Origin: Reclinomonas americana ATCC 50394
Lineage: Eukaryota
Direction of reading: 5' to 3'
Length of the DNA: 64,000 nt
Assembly: GCA_048213135.1 (NCBI GenBank)
Contig: PS015289.1
Location: 17,499-81,498 of the forward strand
Part shown: positions 53,858 through 64,000 of the stretch, in pieces
How the letters are laid out: each line of letters begins with the position of its first letter
Numbering within the stretch: position 1 is the first letter of the stretch
The notes under the pieces: generated by a model
What the model was told of the DNA's origin: nothing
The model's input: only the letters and a program-made list of their open reading frames with translations
Databases searched by the model: none
Translations under genes and position numbers: made by a program

Positions 53858-54961
53858 TCACAGTCGGAGACTCTCATCGGCGAAACAACGATGGAGGATG
53901 ACCTCGGCTTCCTCCACAATGAAGCACCGCAGCACGATCTCCACCAAGCAGCGTGAATCATCTCCTTCCTCCTCTCCACCCTCTTGCATCTCCTGCACGA
54001 CCCGCATGCATTGTCGAGCGCAGTCCAGCTCCTGCCGAGCGAGGCCACATGGCGTCGACCACACTCTCACTGTTCCATCATCACTCCCACTGACGACATG
54101 CTGACCATTTGGAGAAACGGCGACATTCTGCACCGCCGACGTGTGGCCCATCAGCCGTCGCACCTCTTTGCCACTCTGGAGTGACCACACTCGTATCGAC
54201 TCGTCTCCGCTGCCACTCACCACGTGCTGACCATCGGGAGTGACGGCGATACACCTGACCCACGCACTGTGACCCTTCAATCGTTGCACCTCCTCGCCAC
54301 TCGCCAGCGACCACACACGCACTGCTTTGTCCCAGCTTCCACTCACAACGTGGCATCCGTCGGGAGTGACGGCCACAGCCATCACCCACTGAATGTGTCC
54401 CAGCAGCCGTTGCACCTCATCCCCAGTCGCCAGTGACCACACTCGTACTGTCTTATCACAACTCCCACTCACTACATGTTGACCGTCGGGAGTGACTGCG
54501 ACAGACATTACCCATTTCGTGTGCCCCTCCAACCGTTGCAGCTCCTCGCCACTCTCGAGTGACCACACTCGCACTGTGCTGTCGGAACTTCCACTAACGA
54601 TGTGCTGACTATCAGGAGTGACAGCGACAGAGCGCACCAGGTTAGAGTGACCCTCAAGCCGTCGCACCAACACCGCAGATCCACTCGAGCACACAAGCGA
54701 CCACACACGCACGCTCGTGTCATCACCCCCGCTGACAATGTACTGGCCATCGGGAGTGACGGCAACGGACTTTACCCACTCCGAGTGTCCCTCGAACTGC
54801 GTCACCTCCTCGCCAGTTGCCAGAGACCACACTCGCACAGTGTTATCATCACTTCCGCTCACCACGTGCTGGCCGTCGGGAGTGATGGAGACAGAGGTCA
54901 CCGAGTTGGTGTGTCCGCACAAGCACTTGCAGGGGAGGGAGGGAGGAGGAGCGGAGGACAT
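53858..54961 (-). CDS. WD40 array copy B, intact, 367 aa, intronless, 7 repeats plus C-terminal module
   Basis: Seven GH...VAVTPDG...SGSxDxTVRVWS repeats, then TPCGLARQELDCARQ...RCLVEIVLRCFIVEEAEVILHRCFADESLRL*. Confidence 0.95.
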   Translation of the reverse strand: MSSAPPPSLPCKCLCGHTNSVTSVSITPDGQHVVSGSDDNTVRVWSLATGEEVTQFEGHSEWVKSVAVTPDGQYIVSGGDDTSVRVWSLVCSSGSAVLVRRLEGHSNLVRSVAVTPDSQHIVSGSSDSTVRVWSLESGEELQRLEGHTKWVMSVAVTPDGQHVVSGSCDKTVRVWSLATGDEVQRLLGHIQWVMAVAVTPDGCHVVSGSWDKAVRVWSLASGEEVQRLKGHSAWVRCIAVTPDGQHVVSGSGDESIRVWSLQSGKEVRRLMGHTSAVQNVAVSPNGQHVVSGSDDGTVRVWSTPCGLARQELDCARQCMRVVQEMQEGGEEEGDDSRCLVEIVLRCFIVEEAEVILHRCFADESLRL

Positions 54962-55223
54962 GGTACGGGCGTGGGGGGAGGAGCGTGAGTGACGGAGTTT
55001 ATGTTGTCCTTTGTTGAGGGGACATGCCAGTGACTTCAGCACAGTGCTTTATCGAAACAAGGGTGCTGCATGAGGAAGGTATATTCTCAGAGACAGAAAA
55101 TAAGAAACTCACAGGCTGCTGTCTGCTGCGACAAAACACGCAGTAAATGACAAGGTAAGAGCACAGAGCACAAGAGAGAGACAACACAAGGCAGACCTCC
55201 TCCGCCCTTTGCCCATCAGCGAA

Positions 55224-55720
55224 TCACAGTCGGAGACTCTCATCGGTGACACAACGATAGACGATGACCTCGGCCTCCTCCACAATGAAGCACCGCAACA
55301 CGATCTCCACCAAGCAGCGCGGATCATCTCCTTCCTTCTCCATGCCAACTTGCATATCCTGCACTTCACGCATGGCTTTTCGAGCGCAGTCCAGCTCCTG
55401 TCGAGCGAGACCACAGGGAGTGGACCACACTCTCACCGTCCGATCGTCACCCCCGCTGACAACGTGCTGACCATCCGGAGAAACGGCGACGCACTGCACC
55501 GCTGATGCGTGCCCCTCCAGCTGACGCACTTCTGCGCCACTCGCCAGTGACCATACACGCACGGTTGTGTCCAAGCTGCCACTCACTACGTGCTGACCAT
55601 CGGGAGTGACGGCGACAGAGTACACAACGCTTGTGTGTCCCTCCAGTCGCCGCACTTCTTCTCCACTCGCCAGAGACCACACGCGCACAGTCTCGTCCCA
55701 GCTGCCGCTCACCACATGCT
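55224..55720 (-). CDS. WD40 array copy C, 3' part only (5' end in gap)
   Basis: About 2.5 WD repeats plus the same C-terminal module, truncated by Ns at 55721. Confidence 0.85.
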
Positions 55721-56117
55721 NNNNNNNNNNNNNNNNNNNNNNNNNNNNNNNNNNNNNNNNNNNNNNNNNNNNNNNNNNNNNNNNNNNNNNNNNNNNNNNN
55801 NNNNNNNNNNNNNNNNNNNNNNNNNNNNNNNNNNNNNNNNNNNNNNNNNNNNNNNNNNNNNNNNNNNNNNNNNNNNNNNNNNNNNNNNNNNNNNNNNNNN
55901 NNNNNNNNNNNNNNNNNNNNNNNNNNNNNNNNNNNNNNNNNNNNNNNNNNNNNNNNNNNNNNNNNNNNNNNNNNNNNNNNNNNNNNNNNNNNNNNNNNNN
56001 NNNNNNNNNNNNNNNNNNNNNNNNNNNNNNNNNNNNNNNNNNNNNNNNNNNNNNNNNNNNNNNNNNNNNGAGAGAGAGAGAGAGCAATGCAGTTTCCTTC
56101 GTTCTTCATCCGCGACC

Positions 56118-57210
56118 TCAAAAACAGTCCTCCGTCGAGAGCCGATGGAGAACGACTTCGGCTTCCTCCACAATGAAACAACGCAGCACGATCTCTGGCA
56201 AACAACGCGGTTCCTCTTCTTCCTCCTCTGCGCCCTCTTGCATCTCCTGCACGACGCGCATGGCTTGTCGAGCGCAGTCCAGCTCCTGCCGAGCGAGGCC
56301 ACATGGCGTCGACCACACCCTCACCGTTCTGTCTTCACCCCCGCTTACAATGTGCTGGCCATCTTGAGCAATGGCAACAGACAGCACACCTCCAGTATGC
56401 CCTTCCAACTGTCGCACCTGCTCCCCAGTCGCCAGCGACCACACTCGCAACTTCCCATCTTCGCCTCCACTCACAACTTTCTGACTGTCAAGAGTGACGG
56501 CGACACACGAGACCCATCCACTGTGACCCTCGAATCGTTGCACCTCGTCTCCACTCTCCAGCGACCACACTCGCACAGTCGTGTCCCAGCTGCCGCTCAC
56601 AACGTGGCGACCGTCTGGAGTGACGGCGACAGACGTCACCGTATTGGCGTGTCCCTCCAACCGTCGCACTTCCTCCCCAGTCGTCAGTCTCGTCAGTGAC
56701 CACACGCGCACTGTCCGGTCGGCACTCCCAATCACTACATGCTGGCCGTCGGGAGTGACGGCAACAGACAACACCCGATTCGTGCGCCCTTCGAATCGAC
56801 GCACTTCCTCGCCACTTTCGAGTGACCGCACGCACGTTTTTATCCACACTTCCACTAATGACGTGCTGACCATCAGGAGTGACGGCGACCGAGCGCACCA
56901 TGCGAGAGTGCTGTTCAAATTGTTGCACTTGTTCTCCACTCACCAACGACCACACGCGAATCGTGCTGTCGTTGCTCCCGCTGACCACGTGTTGACCATC
57001 GGGAGTGACAGCAACTGACTTGACCCAATGAGTGTGTCCCTCGAATCGCGCCACCTCTTCTCCAGACACGAGTGACCACACTCGCACGGTGTTGTCCTCA
57101 CTCGCACTCACGGCGAGCTGACCGTCGGGAGAGACAGCGACAGACCAGATCATGCCAGTGTGACCACGCAAGCACTTGCTTGGGAGGGAAGGAGGAGGAG
57201 CGGAGGACAT
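56118..57210 (-). pseudogene. WD40 array copy D, frameshifted
   Basis: ATG at 57210. Lesions: a frameshift at ~56830 in repeat 3 (VRVWSL broken), GH changed to GR and QH, a 9-nt insertion (WSLTRLTTG) and an altered C-terminus HRLSTEDCF*. Confidence 0.75.
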
Positions 57211-57478
57211 GGTGTGCGTTCGTGGAGAGAGAGAAACGGAGTGTGTGAGTGTCCTTTGATGTGGGGACATGCCGGTGACTTCGAAACTCTGAGGCCAGTG
57301 ACGACACGCCTGAAGGTACATTCTCAGAGACAGAATATTAGAGAAACTCATGGACTGCTGTCTGCTGCGACAAAACGCGCAGAAAATGACAAGGGAAGAG
57401 CCAGGAAACACGAGTGAGTGAGAGAGAGAGATTGAGAGCACAAGGCAGATCTCTTTGCGTCCTTCGCCACTCAGCGAG

Positions 57479-58567
57479 TCACAGTTGGAGACTCTTATCG
57501 GCGAAACAACGATGGAGAACGACCTCGGCCTCCTCCACCAGGAAGCAACGCAGCACGATCTCCACCAAGCAGCGCGGATCATCTTCCTCCTCTTCCGTGC
57601 CCTCTTGCATCTCCTGCACGGCACGCATGACTTGTCGAGCACAGTCGAGCTCCTGCCGAGCGAGACCACACGGAGTGGACCACACTCGCACCGTCTTATC
57701 ACCGCTCCCACTCAAAACGTGCAGACCATCCGGAGTAACGGTGACGGACGTCACGCCTGCAGTGTGCCCCACCAACCGGCGCACCTCGTCGCCACTCGCC
57801 AGCGACCACACTCGAATCATCCCATTCTCGCCCCCACTCACCACACGCTGACCATCGGGAGTGACGGCAACATACCAGACCCATCCCGTGTGACCCTCGA
57901 ACTGTCGCACCTCTGCACCAGTCGCCAGTGACCACACCCGCACTACCTTGTCGTCGCTTCCGCTCACAACGTGCCGCCCGTCGGAAGTGACGGCGACACA
58001 CCACACGATGTTGGTGTGTCCCTCCAGTCGTCGCACTTCTGCGCCACTCTGGAGGCACCACACGCGCACTGTTTTATCCCAACTGCCACTCACGACATGT
58101 TTACCATCGGGGGTGTCAGCAACAGATCGCACCATATTCGCATGCCCCTCACATCGGCGCACCTCCTCGCCAGTGGCCAGCGACCACACGCGCACAGTCA
58201 TGTCCACACTCCCACTCACAACGTGCAGACCATCGGGGGTGATGGCAACTGATGTCACATCTGCTGAGTGTCCCTCCATTCGTCGCACCTCCTCGCCACT
58301 CGCCAGCGACCAAACGCGCATTGCGTTGTCTGCACCCCCACTGATAATGTACTGACCATCGGGAGTGACGACAAGCGAGCGCACCCGCTCAGTGTGGCCC
58401 TCCAACCGTCGCACCTCTTTCCCACTCGCCAGTGACCAAACGCGTATGGTCTTGTCATCACTTCCGCTGACCGCGTGCTGGCCGTCGGGAGTGACAGTGA
58501 CAGAGAAGACCATGTGAGTGTGGCCACGCAAGCACTTGCAAAGGAGAGAAGGAGGAGCGGAGGACAT
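57479..58567 (-). CDS. WD40 array copy E, intact, 362 aa, intronless, 7 repeats plus C-terminal module
   Basis: Full ORF from MSSAPPSLLCKCLRGH to HRCFADKSLQL*. Confidence 0.95.
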   Translation of the reverse strand: MSSAPPSLLCKCLRGHTHMVFSVTVTPDGQHAVSGSDDKTIRVWSLASGKEVRRLEGHTERVRSLVVTPDGQYIISGGADNAMRVWSLASGEEVRRMEGHSADVTSVAITPDGLHVVSGSVDMTVRVWSLATGEEVRRCEGHANMVRSVADTPDGKHVVSGSWDKTVRVWCLQSGAEVRRLEGHTNIVWCVAVTSDGRHVVSGSDDKVVRVWSLATGAEVRQFEGHTGWVWYVAVTPDGQRVVSGGENGMIRVWSLASGDEVRRLVGHTAGVTSVTVTPDGLHVLSGSGDKTVRVWSTPCGLARQELDCARQVMRAVQEMQEGTEEEEDDPRCLVEIVLRCFLVEEAEVVLHRCFADKSLQL

Positions 58568-58890
58568 GGTGCGCGCGTGGAGAGAGAGAAGGAGATAGTG
58601 AGTCTGTTCTTTGTCGGGACAACATCATGACTTCGGCACTGACGGACGAAGATCAAAGGCGACGCATTGCTTGTCAACATGGGGCGCTGCAACTGGGTGG
58701 TACATTCGCAGAGAGAAAGGAAATATCTTGAGTTACCGGCTTAGAAATCAAACCGCGAGGAGAAGAAGCAGGAAACACAATTGCAAGAAAGCAGAGAGGG
58801 TGAATAGGGAGAGAGAGAGAGAGAGAGAACACGAGGGAGAGAGAGAGAGAGAGAACACGAGGAGAGAGAGNNNNNNNNNNNNNNNNNNNN

Positions 58891-59313
58891 CACCTCCTCG
58901 CCAGTCGCCAGTGACCACACTCGCAAGGCCTTGTCACTGCTTCCGCTCACGATGTACTGTCCATCGGGGGTGACGGCGACAGACTGTACGATCGACTGCA
59001 CGTTGGCAATGTGCTCCAACTGGCGCACATTCTTTCCGCTCTCCAGCAAGCGCACGTAGATGGTGCTGTTTGCACACCCACTCACGATATGCTGTCCGTC
59101 GGGAGTGATGGCAACAGACAACACATAGAAGAGGTGGTGTGCCAGTTGATTCACTTGCTCCCCACTCGCCAGTGACCACAGGCGCAAGGTCTGATCGTGA
59201 CTGCTGCTCACAATGTGCTGTCCGTTCGGAGAAATGGCAACAGATGTCACACCATCCGTGTGTCCAAGCAAGCATTTGCAGGGGAGAGAGGGAGGAGGAG
59301 GGGCGGAGGTCAT
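58891..59313 (-). CDS. WD40 array copy F, 5' part only (3' end in gap)
   Basis: MTSAPPPPSLPCKCLLGH plus three more divergent WD repeats, interrupted by the 20-N gap at 58871-58890. Confidence 0.8.
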
Positions 59314-59545
59314 GGTGGAGGGAGGGAAGGAGAGAGGGAGAAGGGAGGGAAAGGGGGAGAAGGGAGGGAGAAAGAAGGGAAGGAGGAAGGGAAAGGGAGT
59401 GAAGGAGGGAGGTGGGAGAGATGCAGTGGAGAGAGAGAATGAGAGAAGAGTATGTGAGCGAGAGAGTGTGTGTGTGTGCTTGTGCGTGTCAAGGAAGAAA
59501 GAGACTCGTTGTCCTTCTTGAGTCCCACTTCTCCTTTGTTTGTCA

Positions 59546-63295
<3,750 letters not shown>

Positions 63296-63329
63296 CGTTG
63301 GAAGTGATTCTGCTGCTGGGGGCTGGTCA

Positions 63330-63700
63330 GGGGTCAAGGGTGGCAGACGTGGTCTCTTGAGGAGGCTTGCAAAATCCGCCGACTGCTGGGTGTGACGTGT
63401 TGATGAAGGCCTGGTGGTTGAGGAGGAATTCCAAGACTTGCAGCCAACTGCTGGGGTGACGGGTTGATGTACGCCTGGTGGTGGACGTGGTCCTTGGAAG
63501 AGACTCGGTGGTGTCCGCCGACTCCTGGGTGTGACGTGTTGATAAAGGCCTGGTTGTAGACGTAGTCTGTGGAAGAGACTCGATGGTGCTACCTGAGTGG
63601 TCGACGTGGATGTGACTGTTGGCATAGTGGACGTGGTGGTGTCCGCCGGCTGCTGGGTGTGTCGTGTTGATAAAGGTCCGGTGGTGCACGTGGTCTTGTG
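63330..63700. repeat. Degenerate tandem repeat downstream of paralogue 3
   Basis: About four copies of CCGCCGACT(G/C)CTGGGTGTGACGTGTTGAT(G/A)AAGGCCTGGT(G/T)G..GACGT(G/A)GTC. Confidence 0.65.
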
Positions 63701-64000
63701 GGAGAGTATTCCCGAGGCCTGTTGACTCTGCGGTGCGGGCTCAAGATGATGATAACGAAGCACCCTTGAATTGTAAGATTGCGAAGCTGTTGGTTGCTGT
63801 TCCGACACAGCCAGCCCATTGTCTTGCAGTTGCACTATCACAGTTTCTCGATTGCTATTGCTTTGATGCCCTTTCAAGAAGATGGCCAACCAGTAGCTGC
63901 TGTTGCATCGTATGTTGGCGCGGTCGTCGTTGCTGATGCGACACCACGCAGCGCGGCGTGCGCCAAATCGGTCGGTCGTCAAGCAGTGCTTTCACGTAGA

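Overview
Gapped, GC-rich, intron-dense eukaryotic DNA, most likely from a flagellated protist; the taxon cannot be assigned from sequence alone. Introns carry long GA/CT microsatellites and private minisatellites, and TACG-cycle noise beside the N gaps suggests a pyrosequencing-era assembly. Most ORF-track entries are low-complexity or gap artefacts, so the genes were rebuilt by hand across splice sites. Genes recovered: an ankyrin protein with a 5x33-nt microexon array, a 79-aa six-exon gene, a divergent kinase with a signal peptide, a SHIPPO (PGPGxY) repeat protein, a large Pro/Ser-rich protein, Xaa-Pro aminopeptidase, telomerase reverse transcriptase, a small protein with a myristoylation-type N-terminus, three GT31-type glycosyltransferase paralogues, a multi-TM TKL kinase, and a tandem array of at least six intronless WD40 genes. 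Most notable: (1) about 18 introns use a one-nt-shifted donor, GTTG(C/A)G(T), always after a non-G exon end; (2) the WD40 array has HET-E-like hypervariable top-face positions, mosaic repeats, frameshifted copies and a conserved uncharacterised C-terminal module, making it a candidate recognition repertoire; (3) TERT contains a textbook AT-AC U12 intron.
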